From assembly GCF_902459465.1 (NCBI RefSeq), contig NC_047074.1, positions 1,240,001 through 1,304,000 of the forward strand: DNA of 64,000 bases. The letters are read 5' to 3'. Below, one piece after another: positions 51,366 through 62,620 of the stretch; position 1 is the stretch's first letter, and each line of letters begins with the position of its first letter. Under the pieces are notes generated by a model. That model was not told the origin of the DNA, ran no database searches, and saw only the letters and a list, made by a program, of their open reading frames with translations. Made by a program: the position numbers and the translations under genes. This DNA is from Asterias rubens (lineage: Eukaryota).

Positions 51366-51716
51366 ATGATACTCGATTGATTGCATTATTGACATGCGTA
51401 TCTCGTCTGTATTGAAACTATTTGATTTTTTTTTAATTATGCAAATTACTTGGTACTATGTGATCGACAGACGAGTGGATACTTTTGGTTTTGCTGTTCC
51501 TGTTAAATACCTCCTGGACAAACAAAAATCGTGATCCAGAATATGGGATCCATGTTCGGTCAGTGACATTTCACAACCCGGACATTAAACAAGGGATCAA
51601 CGTGAACAAAAAGTTGTAAACTCTGTGTATTTTTCGACAGGATTTCTGTCCCATCGGGTATCCTCAATACGTGGGTAAATTTTGATTGAAATTGGAGGTT
51701 ATACCCCCCTCTCCAG

Positions 51717-51854
51717 GGGTGGATTTCACGAACAGTTGAGACTATTCTTATCTCGAGTTTCCTAATATAGGACTAGACTTAACTTTGTAATAACTCCTAA
51801 AGAGTATAGGGCTAGGACTAAGCCTAAGTTAGGACTGTCTTTGTGAAATCGACT
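51717..51854. mobile_element. PIF/Harbinger-type MITE, same family
   Basis: CAG-gggtggatttcac ... gtgaaatcgact-CAG. Confidence 0.7.
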
Positions 51855-52879
51855 CAGGATACGTCTATACCCCTGGGTCTAGGATTCACGTAGGGATCTG
51901 TGGGGATCGTTTTCCTTGGAGCCCTAGGGAAATATTAAATTCATTTTTCAATTTAGTTTAACGTTTATTCCAAACTCTTCTTTTTGGGGGAAAATAGATC
52001 AAAATGAGAATTAATCAGTACACAGAAGGGTAAATCAAAAGCGCATTATAAGTATATATACAATTGATATTGTTAAAGCAAATAATAAATGAATAACTAG
52101 GAATTAAGTTTGTAGGCCTATATACAAGAGGGGAACGGGAGCATGGGGATTTTAAAGTAAACCGAGGCTTGTAGAAAACATTCTGTTCACAGACAGACAA
52201 ACAGAGAATCACAAAACAAGGACAAGTTCGAACAATGACATAATAATACATACAACTAAATAAAACAGTGAGATAAAACAGTCGTCGGATCTGAAGGGCA
52301 GCATAGACACTCACAGGTACACTGTAATTCAACAGGTAGCTGGATTAGGACGGGGAAAGCCATCCACGAGAAGAAGCAGTCAAACTGTAACATGCCATTA
52401 ACTGTTTACCATCCAATGTTCCCAAATTTGATCAAGAGTGGGATGTGGATCGCTCAGCTTGCGGCAATGTGGATTCAAGATGCTTTTTTCTGACAGAAGA
52501 TGACACAATTTGATTGTTTCTTACACCTCTGCCTCCCTCCTCCTCCATCATTCTTCTTTGCATAGGTCTATTAACTGATGTTATGTGCCAAGGATGTCCA
52601 ATGACACCGATTGCTCTAAGCGAGAGCGGGAAGTTTGCCTCTTCTTAGGAACTGTGGGGAGGTCTTTGAACTTGGTCCGAACAATTATGATACATTGAGA
52701 CTGGGGACATAAAGTCAAATGTTAACAACAAACTTAAATTGAAAACCGGTTAATTTTACTTTATTGATTTATGGAGATTCTTTGGTTATTGGTCTCTTGG
52801 AAGGAAGCAACCATCATTATGACTGTGACTCACTAACAAAGCGCCGTGCGTCCCTTTTTCGGGCAGCGCTTACAATACA

Positions 52880-53410
52880 CTATAACAACGTCATAAACAA
52901 CAAAAACNNNNNNNNNNNNNNNNNNNNNNNNNNNNNNNNNNNNNNNNNNNNNNNNNNNNNNNNNNNNNNNNNNNNNNNNNNNNNNNNNNNNNNNNNNNNN
53001 NNNNNNNNNNNNNNNNNNNNNNNNNNNNNNNNNNNNNNNNNNNNNNNNNNNNNNNNNNNNNNNNNNNNNNNNNNNNNNNNNNNNNNNNNNNNNNNNNNNN
53101 NNNNNNNNNNNNNNNNNNNNNNNNNNNNNNNNNNNNNNNNNNNNNNNNNNNNNNNNNNNNNNNNNNNNNNNNNNNNNNNNNNNNNNNNNNNNNNNNNNNN
53201 NNNNNNNNNNNNNNNNAAAAACAACAACGACAATAACGACATCGACATCAGCAGCAAAAACAACGAAGACAAAAAACAACAACAACATTAACAACAGCAG
53301 CATCATCAGCAGTAACAGCAACAACAAGAGACAACAACAAAAACAACAACAACGCCAACATCGACAACAATCAAGACAACGACAAACAGACAACCAATCC
53401 AACAATACAA
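52880..53410. repeat. Degenerate (AAC)n microsatellite with an N-run at ~52908-53216
   Basis: AAC/GAC/AGC tracts on both sides of the N-run. Confidence 0.8.
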
Positions 53411-56400
53411 ACACACAATAATCACCCTTTACCGTTCAACTACACCGTGAAACATTCGGGTTACCAAAGCACAGAGTCAAACCTTTACAGCATTACTACA
53501 ATAATTATATTATAGTTCACTCATACGCAGTTTGCATTCACAACGAGCAGTTGATGTTCCATTAAGAGATGTAAATCTACCGTGTTTCGCACAAACTTTC
53601 CCTCCGAGGCAAGATTGAGACTTCCTGTCAGAGAATATAAACGCCCCGTGAGGAGAAATGAAAGTGAGAAGGGCTGGTGTGTGGACGGCGTGGAAGGGCA
53701 TTCCGGATAGATATCATTCACTACTTAATCTAATTCTCCCATGGTATTATCGGTGTGAAAGATCACTCCGTGTCACTGCTTAAAGATGCGATATAAGTAA
53801 TTTTTATCTTATAAAATCCTAATATTAATAATAGATAAGTTCAGTTCAAAAATTAGTTAATGAATTAAATACACAACCAAAAATTGTTCGACCCTAGTGG
53901 AGTATTTCTCGAAGGCTAAATAAATGACAACACAACAAACATGAACAGGTAACTATTAGTAACATAGCGAATGCAAGGGCTCAACATAAATCATGCTCTC
54001 ATGAACAAATAAGAATAAGTTACAGGAAGTTACCCCCCAAAAAACTACATTGATTTCGTTTTGGTGTGTGGCGTAACTTTGCCTCCCCTAATATTCTCAG
54101 TGACATGGATTCAAATAGTCGAATACCAGAACAACTTTCTAAAACAACCATGATATATTGATTTGAGGTAAAAAAAATTAAAAAGAAAAAACATACACCG
54201 TACACCATACATAAGGTTTATAATATTAATTAGGATTTCATATTTTGTTATATACCGGTAGATCTTGCAGATTCAACACACAAAAAAAAAATGGTATCCT
54301 CTTAACTCAACATTTAAACCAACTTTTTAAAACCCTTCCTTAACTTGGCCGAAACTTCAAATATATAAGGAGTCCGAAATGTACTTCTTTCACGTGCGCT
54401 TAATACGAAGATGACTGATCACTTGTCTAATTTAATATTTTCACAACCGCTCCATGCTCACATAGCGAACAAACAACGGATGAATGACTGGGATTTTTTA
54501 GTGGTGCTTTCTTTAGACTTTTGATACAACAACAATCTCTCAATGGATGCCGTGGTTTGAATTAACTTCTCTCTTCTTCCGTCAACATTCGAAAGCACCA
54601 CAATCCTATTCCCATCCCAATTGACGTCACCATGACGTCATTATTGTTTTGAGAAGATATACTGTTACTTAACAAGGCTATATTATGTGTAAGCTTTGTT
54701 TTCGGAGCCTATTGTCAGAAAAGCAAACAACTGTCGTGTCTGTAATTTCAGTGCGCCCCTTATAGACTGACTTGTAATCACCAATTCCTGCATGCGCATG
54801 TTTTTTTTTTCTTTCTTACAAGCCCTGCGGGAAAAATACAATGAGGGAATTCGAAACGCAAACCCACTTCATTATGGAACAGTTGTAATGACCAAGGCAA
54901 GTGCCGCAGTGGTCTTAAGTGACGTATGGTATACCCGTAAATTGACTTGAAACAGGCGGCATGTTTATTTATTTATTGTATTTTTAGATTAACCTTACAC
55001 AGTTTGAAGATAATGATATTAGAAGACCTTATTTGAAATATTACTTGCCGAGGCTGCAGTTTTTAGAAACTTTTTTTTTCAAGGGCCCATTTTCAATAAT
55101 GTCCGGTGGAGTATAATGTAAATTGATGTCCACAATCAAATGTTTTTTTGTGTAACACATCGGGGAAAATTAGTCGAGTGACTGACCGTTTCTGTTATTG
55201 GATTTAGTGTCCAAAAAGTCTAAAAACCACTCGTATGGATTCCCGTGAGCAGCGGTGTGGCGTTTGAATATAAATTGAAACTGCGAATTTATTTTCTCAG
55301 AACAAATTATGTTCTGAATAAATACCCCAAAGTGACATTTATTGGTGGCTTGGATATTTTAGGTTAAGCAAACTTTAGGAAATCTCGGACAATTTACACT
55401 GGAAAAAAAAATGACAGTTTTAATAAATCTGTAAGTGCTGTATGACTATTGGATTCGATGATATTTAATATTGCATGACTCCGTACGTTTTAAGGGAAGG
55501 GAAAACAGTTTTGTCATCAAGGACGATGAACCAGTGTTTCATTTTCACAAACTGCACTTTCGAACTGCACTCATTTCCAATACCGAGAGTAACCGTTTTC
55601 TCAGGTTTTTTTTTTTTTTTATCAACTGAGCTGGTGATGGTGTCTCGACACGGCGTGATCGAAAAGATGGTAGGAGCCCTAAACAAAATTAACTATGTTA
55701 ATGTTTAATAACTTGCATCTCACCGCATGAGAACAAACCAAAAGCCTAACATTGAGTGTGAAAAACATTTGGTTTATACAGTATGCCCAGTGAAGTATTG
55801 AAATTACTTGTCGCTTGTAGTTAAACTACCCTGACGCGGTGAACGACTTGCGATGGCTCTGTGCCATTTTCAAATGCCGTTGAATTTTACAAAAATATGA
55901 CTGACTACCAAAAAGGTAGCTAGCGAATAGAACAATGCTTTTGTCTGACGTGTGTGATGTGATATCATGCACTATTAGCAAGCCATAAAACTGACAGTAT
56001 AAGTCACTACCCATACAAACAATGCAGCAACACTTAGCCATCTGTGTAGGGCGTTGATGTATTATTATGTCTTTTAACATCTCGAATGAAGCGCCAAAAC
56101 TGTACGCAGCGTTACAAAGCAAGAACCGTAATTTGATCAAGATGAGACGTTGTTGTTGCTGCTTTCAAGCTCAGAAACGCAGTCAAACGAGCCTTCCGCA
56201 GGGATACCGTTTCTGAATCGATTATTTTTGTTATTCTGATTTTTGTTTTCATCATTAAAAAGAGCGTTGGTCCCATACAATTCTTCCCGACACAAACGTG
56301 TTTTTCCCACAGGAAACAACAGGCAATGAGCAGTCAAAATGACTCCTAAGAAAATAATATGATACTCCTGTAACATTTGTGTTGCTATAGAATTACGTTT

Positions 56401-56504
56401 TCAAATTCCCTTGAATTCAATCTTTATATAAGGACTTGTGATAAGCAGAAAACTGATCATACTTTTCAGCTCAGTTCTATCAAATGAAATTGCCACATTA
56501 GGTA

Positions 56505-56670
56505 AGGCACTAATTGCTTCTCTTCACCCAGGAGTACAAATGGGTACATGTAAGGGTAAAGACGGTTTATGTGAATGATTAGCAACATGCGAACCAATGT
56601 GGCTACCGGTGCAGCATACTCCAAAGGAGTTGATATGTATCAGAAAATATTAAGGCCGAATAAACAGGGA
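56505..56670 (+). mobile_element. SINE fragment (CORE-like central block)
   Basis: aattgcttctcttcacccaggagtacaaatgggtac is shared with 62212-62250. Confidence 0.5.
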
Positions 56671-56681
56671 TGGTAATAGTA

Positions 56682-56850
56682 TAAAGCCCGGTTCATACTT
56701 CCTGCGAGTGCAGATGCGACACGAATTTTGACGTCATTAATTTGCATGAATAATTGACTTGTACCGATCTCCTGCGAAACATTCGCTTCGAAAACAGCTC
56801 TGTGAAGTCAAACTCGCTTCACATTTGTAAGAAGTATGAACTGGGCTTTA
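56682..56850. mobile_element. Small MITE with ~18-bp TIRs and TA flanks
   Basis: TA-AAGCCCGGTTCATACTTC ... GAAGTATGAACTGGGCTT-TA. Confidence 0.7.
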
Positions 56851-57388
56851 GGCACTTCGATAATGTTTCAAAGCGCCTAATAATAATTTATTACTATTAA
56901 CATTCACCCATGGTAATACAATAATAATCCACAGAAATTCATGAGGCATAACAAAACCCCGTGAGACACAATTCGTTCTTTCATTTTCGTGCTCACCCTC
57001 AACCCTTCGTTTGTAATTCGGTAAAAGATCTCATGAAAGTAGGTCTTAAAAGTCACTCTAAATTCGGTCATTTTTAAAGTCGTTGGCAATGTGTAGTCAT
57101 GCTTAGTTTTCCCTAGGGACTAAGAAAGTACGAAATCCACATGACTGGGGTTCCCATGTGTAGTTCCACGAGGAGCATTCGGAATTAAGTCAGCTTTAAA
57201 AAATAATGAACGAAACAATCGTGATTTCACGAAGCATCGCTTTTAAAACAAAACACTACTCCTTGTGTCCTTTGAGAGTGGAAATATGAACCAGTCGTTG
57301 CAGATTCATAACACTGCAGAACATATCCGGAACATTTTCAATTCTGACTTCGCAGCGAGAAGCTTTGTCTGTGGTATACCGAGAGAGA

Positions 57389-57647
57389 TAAAAGGCACTG
57401 GACACTATTGGTAGTAACTGAAAATAATTGTTAGCATAAAAACTTCAACTTGGTAACGAGCAATGGAGAGCTGTTGATAGTGTGAAACATTTTTTTTCTG
57501 GCATTATTCCCCTGGAACCAATGACCAATTGACCGATGACAAATTGAGTCAAAATTTTCACAGGCTTGTAAATGTATGCATAGGTTGGGATACACCAAGT
57601 GAAATTACTGGTCTTTGACACGTACCAAAGGTGTTAAGCGCCTTTAA
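57389..57647. mobile_element. Kolobok-type MITE, internal deletion derivative
   Basis: aaaggcactggacactattgg ... gcgcct-TTAA. Confidence 0.7.
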
Positions 57648-58265
57648 GCACAAATTTAATCTGTTTGACTTACACGATTGGCCGATGCCTTTCCATTCAG
57701 CAAAACAAAAGAGGGAAAACTGAGGAGGCGTGTTGTGGCTTGTCTGAGGAGGGGGGGCATCGGCAAATCTTTTAAATTCAATAATATTGTGTGTTTTTGA
57801 GCGACGTGTACTCCAATGAGCGTATCTTTGATTTATATTATTTACACGTTTTATTTATTAGATACTTTCCGTCTCTCGATTTATCCAAAATCATTAATTG
57901 TGTTCTTACGTACATATACCTAAGGCTTATCATGTACAGTAAATAAATGGAGGATTTAAACTTTAATTGGACAACTTAAATTGCAACGTCCGGAAGGTGA
58001 ACTGTGGAATGGCTTGGGTCACAAGATCTGGAGTATTGAAGTGACAATCATTTGGCCGTAAAGACAGGCTTCTCAAAGTGACGAATATTGTTTCGAAGTT
58101 ACATCATTACAGAATCAGGAACGTGGCCGACCTATATAGCTATGCGTGTTAATAACCATGCATAGGCGACAACATTGTGGCAGGTTTACGAGCAAGAGTG
58201 TTGGTTGTAGAAAAAAAAAAGACCTATGTAACAAATGTTCTATAATAATGACCAATTGGAGATAT

Positions 58266-58420
58266 CACGTTGGCGTAGTGGTATCTTTCCTTTTTTTCCA
58301 CTTCTATAACCCCGGTTCAAATCCCACCGAGGGCACTAGGTGAATTGGGTTTTCAATCCGTACATAATTGCGTGGACTTGTCTTTGTATAATTCACGGGG
58401 GGTTACCTCCAACATCTTAA
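58266..58420 (+). mobile_element. tRNA-derived SINE
   Basis: A-box tggcgtagtggta, B-box ggttcaaatccc. Confidence 0.55.
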
Positions 58421-58721
58421 ATGGGAACTTCCTTAAGTTCATTGTCTTCTCTCCATTTGGGTTACAGTGATTTTCGCTCTTCAGAGAGTCCTTGTCTTCA
58501 CAACCAGAAGTAATAAATGCAATGAAACTACCAGATGCAAAAACAGCAATTGTTCGAGTAAAAACCAACATCCATACAGAAAGAATCGTACAAGATTACA
58601 AGTGAAACAACACTCTTGTACTTTTGACACATAATATTCCTAGAAGGAGAGAGAAGGGCATCAGTATTCAGTTACCTTCAGAATTCTAAAAGGTTTGTTT
58701 CGTGTTTTGTTCCTGTTTCAG

Positions 58722-59171
58722 ACGGGAGCCAAGCGACCGGCTGGTGCCCCAGCGTTCCACTCCGCTCTGTCGTACGGCAAACGAGGCGACGATGACAGCG
58801 CCGAAGTAGAGCGCCGAGCCTACCACTCGGCCCTGCCCTTCGGCAAGAGAACACCCATCGAGAAACGCGCCTACCACACAGGTCTCCCCTTCGGAAAGAG
58901 GGACGACGAAGCCGCCGAACAAGACGCCATGATGGAGAGGCGTGGCTTCAACTCGGCCCTGATGTTCGGTAAACGACTACACAGTGCTCTACCGTTCGGT
59001 AAGCGCGGCTACCACAGTGCTCTGCCGTTCGGGAAGAGATTGGATACCACTGATGAAGGAGATATCATCGAGAGAAGAGGTTACCATAGCGGGCTACCGT
59101 TCGGCAAGCGCGCTACTGACGATGAAGCCGTTAATGACATACTAGACCAATTAAGAAGCGAAGAGAATTGA
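58722..59171 (+). CDS. SALMFamide (L-type/S1 precursor): L-type SALMFamide precursor, coding exon 2: PAGAPAFHSALSYa, AYHSALPFa, AYHTGLPFa, GFNSALMFa (S1), LHSALPFa, GYHSALPFa, GYHSGLPFa
   Basis: Pyrimidine-rich acceptor ...cctgtttcag|ACG at 58722. Seven SxLxF/Y-type units, each ending G-K-R and preceded by KR/RR, with acidic spacers. S1 is encoded at 58944-58967; TGA at 59169-59171. Confidence 0.98.
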   Translation, partial: TGAKRPAGAPAFHSALSYGKRGDDDSAEVERRAYHSALPFGKRTPIEKRAYHTGLPFGKRDDEAAEQDAMMERRGFNSALMFGKRLHSALPFGKRGYHSALPFGKRLDTTDEGDIIERRGYHSGLPFGKRATDDEAVNDILDQLRSEEN

Positions 59172-59886
59172 CTTTTATAAAGAACTGTAATCCTTAAAAA
59201 TCAGCTTATATACTAATCTAACAGTGCTTAGGATACGACAATATCGGTTGGTGATCAGTTTAGTTACCTTACAAAACCCTCTCTCAACTAGTCATATCAA
59301 CCTTAGCGAGGACAACGCGGGTTACACAATGTTTCGCATACTTAAAAAAAGTTATTAAATACCTAATTTACCATTAACAGTACTGTCATAGTGTTAACAC
59401 TGCTTTAATTTGAGTGTAATTACTTATTTTCTAAAATGCTTCTAAAACGGCCAACTTGTACGTCACAGGACAAAACATTAAAGGTATTAGGTTAAATAAA
59501 GTTCGTAGCCGTAGCAAGTTTATCTATTTCAACAGTTGGGCGAAATCGACACTATCGAGTAACTGCTTTTAAGTTTGATATGAAAACAAAATATTCGTGT
59601 AGTCACATTTTGTTTAAGGCACTTTTAGGCAAAATCTGCTTTGGATTAAAACTCAAATGTATAGCTGGAATGATGGCTAGGGTTAAAATGGTTGCAAAGT
59701 GTTCATAACCAACCACTATCTGGTTTCAAGCCAATAAATTCAAAAAGAGGAAGTGTTCATAATCCCTCTTTAGAGCATTTAAACACAGAGGAATGGTGTT
59801 TGTTTTCGTGGTAAAAAAACAACGAGAAAACCAACCTACGCAAGTTTTTTTTTAAACATCCCAGTAAACTAAACACAGGCAATAAA
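59172..59886 (+). terminator. 3' UTR with candidate polyadenylation signals
   Basis: AATAAA at 59495, 59733 and 59881 downstream of the stop codon; the site actually used is unknown. Confidence 0.45.
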
Positions 59887-60305
59887 GAACCCTCTTAAAA
59901 ACAGAGTTTCCTGGCCTAGTCCTTGTTTCTATAAATAACAGAAGAACTGGAGTCGGGGCCCGTCATAATATTTGTTCCTAAAAATTGTGGTTGGGTATTA
60001 GCTCTGCTCAGAAACATGGTAAAAGCAAACTCTACCATGGTGTTAAAACTCCGATCAATCCCAAGGGATTAGAGATTTCAAACTATTATTGCCAGGTTTG
60101 GTCGGATGGAGAGTGTTCTTAGCATGTATCATTACCTCTGGAGACAGTCTAATGTGTGAACAGTCAGACACAGCCATAAGGCATTCCCGATTAAAACACA
60201 CTGTACCTCATTTTCCCATTCCGATGGGGTTTCACTTCAAATCCTATTGGCTAATTTATCATTAAAGTGCTGAGAGTGAAAAAAACACCCTGGAACCCAC
60301 TTCCC

Positions 60306-60657
60306 TTAAAGGATTTGGGAACTTTTTCAAAATGTCCATAGATTTACATTAAACTTACAGGGTTTGAAGATAATGATAGTGGAAAGCTTCCCTTCAAATC
60401 TTACTTACTGAGGTGCTGTAGTTTTTGAGAAATGAGTAAAACAATGTCATGAAAATACGTTTGTAAATGCTTAAAATAATTTTCGTCTCATGAGACGAAA
60501 ATTATTTTCATGTCATTGTTTTACTCACCTCCCAACAATTACACCACCTCAGCACGTAGTATTTACAGGGAAGCTTTCTACTATCATTATCTTCAAACTG
60601 TGTAAGTTTAGAGTAAATCTGTGCACATTGTGTTTTCTGTGCTACAAAAGTTATATA
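60306..60657. mobile_element. Fold-back Kolobok-type MITE with a central 36-bp perfect palindrome; partial relative at ~54990-55070
   Basis: TTAA-AGG start; arms tttgaagataatgatagt.gaaagcttccc / gggaagctttc.actatcattatcttcaaa; AAAATAATTTTCGTCTCATGAGACGAAAATTATTTT at 60473-60508. Confidence 0.75.
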
Positions 60658-62100
60658 AGGAAGGTGATCGTCATGAAAGCAAAGTTTGATCCTAATGCTG
60701 TGCTAGCTTGACCAGTAACGTTATTTGATCATAACTGTTTATCAGGTTGACCAGTTTCGTTATGGTTTCCCTTCTTGACATGGTCAGACTGCAGCCTTTT
60801 CGAGATTATGGCGGACACTATAGGAATGCATTGTTTGGTTTGGGTGTATAATACAGACAAATTTACCCAAACCTTACGTGTCGTATCGTGTCCACCATAC
60901 CTCACAAAGGCTTAAATACTATATACACCTTTATCATGGTGCAGCAATCTTCGGAATTTATTCCTTTGATATCAACATCACCTAACTGAGGTTGGCAGAA
61001 CAAAATAGTCTGGTTCCCATTTGCAAAATGATATTAGCATCCATTAGTGTTATTCGATACAAGGAACATGACCAAGATGGAGTTAAACATGATAAAGGTC
61101 TACTGCTCAAACAGACCCCAACACCTCGAAAACTGACCCGGTTTCCATTCATACAAGCTAGATCCGTTAAGGTCACCAGCATACTGCCACTCTCCAGCTC
61201 AGATATGACGGGGGATTTTTAGAGTGTGGACCGTGGGCTACTCTGTACGATCGATCCTCCATCTGCCACTTAACCCGTAAAACTAACCATTACTCAAACA
61301 CATTTTGGCCTGGCTACGCAAACACATTGAATCCTATCTACTTGGAAATGAATGCGTACGAACTACTCTGGAAAGTTCTAAATAATTTACAGGTTTTTTC
61401 TCTAGACGCTAAGTGGGTGTGGTGAAGACGACATCATCCAAAATTTAAGTTGCTTTTAAGTCAGTTTTTCGTAGAAGCATATTGTAAATAATTATCCGCA
61501 AATTAAAATAACATATATATATGTTTATTTCGATAATGTAGGCATTGCACCCTAATTACACGGTCCTATTTATAAATGCACTGCGCCCTAAGAAAACCCT
61601 CTAAAACTTATAAGTTCGGTCAAGACGTTGGAATTATTTCCATAAGTTTAAAATAAGTCTCTTTTTATTGAGACATTTGTGCAGATTGCACATTACAGAT
61701 AAAGTTATGAAACCAGAAAACATTCCAGTGAATTAAGTATAGGTTTAATAGTGTAATTAGAAATTAAATGTTTTGCTTCAATTTCAAGACAATGGGTTTG
61801 TATTAATTAACAGCGGATAGAAACAATTGAATATTTCAATAAACATATATAAAATAATCAAATGCTTAAACTTAATTATATATTTTGTTTAGAAGCAACA
61901 ACGGGCAAACGAACGTCTAAACATTGGAAACAATTAGTTTATGGATGCGTACAAACTATCTATGATTTTGAAGAAAATATTAAATTTGGTTAATAAAATA
62001 AAACATTGTTATGAATGGTCTATGGTAATTTTAGCCACTGTTTTCGATTGTTTAGTTTGTGGATTTCATTTTTTTTTTTTTTTTTTTTCTTAAACTGTCG

Positions 62101-62355
62101 CGGGGGTGTCGTGGCCGAATGGTCTAGGGTGGTGGACTCAAAATCTATAATTTCTAGAATGAGAGTTCGAATCATGGCCTGCTCAGTGGCGACACTTGTG
62201 TTCTTGAGCATAATTGCTTCTCTCCGCTCAGGAGTGCAAACGGGTACCGGTGAGAGCTTAGGAGTAACCTGCAACGGACTGACATCCTGACCATGGAGAA
62301 TACTGACAAGGAAACCGGATATAAACGCAGGCTTGGTGAGCTATAATGGCTCGGG
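62101..62355 (+). mobile_element. tRNA-derived SINE with a CORE-like block
   Basis: gtcgtggccgaatggtctag A-box, gttcgaatc B-box, gacacttgtgttcttgagc...ctctccgctcaggagtgcaaacgggtacc. Confidence 0.65.
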
Positions 62356-62483
62356 ACGGACTTTGTTCTACTGTTCGAAAATTATGGCGAATGCACTCGT
62401 TATCGATTACATAACTTCTTCCTAATCAAATGCTAGTAATGTTTGAAGTTTTGCATGGTGTGCAGGAGAGTTAGGGAAAAACC

Positions 62484-62620
62484 TCTGCTCGTCTTCTCCT
62501 GAAGACGAGCAGAATATACTGTTCGAAGCGTCGAGACCAAACCGGTTCTTCTCGGAGCCAACACTCACAAGAGACTAACTCATGGTTGTACCCGCTAAGT
62601 TTACTATTTATTTATAGTTT
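62484..62620 (+). ncRNA. Hammerhead motif (GAAA changed to GAAG) plus histone-type stem-loop in a Penelope-type repeat
   Basis: TCTC-CTGAAGA(62499-62505)-C-GAGCAG-aatata-CTGTTC-GAAG-C-GTC-GAGA, then GGTTCT-TCTC-GGAGCC at 62544-62559 and AACAC. Confidence 0.7.

Larger units (their letters stand above)
14166..58721 (+). other. 44,556-nt phase-0 intron of the SALMFamide precursor gene
   Basis: GT...AG ends. Splicing restores ...EQRM|TGAKR... with no residue missing relative to the remembered precursor. Confidence 0.9.

Noticed and set aside
52764-53414. ORFs of 130-193 aa with poly-N/Q/L tracts
   Set aside because: Microsatellite plus N-run; no coding evidence.
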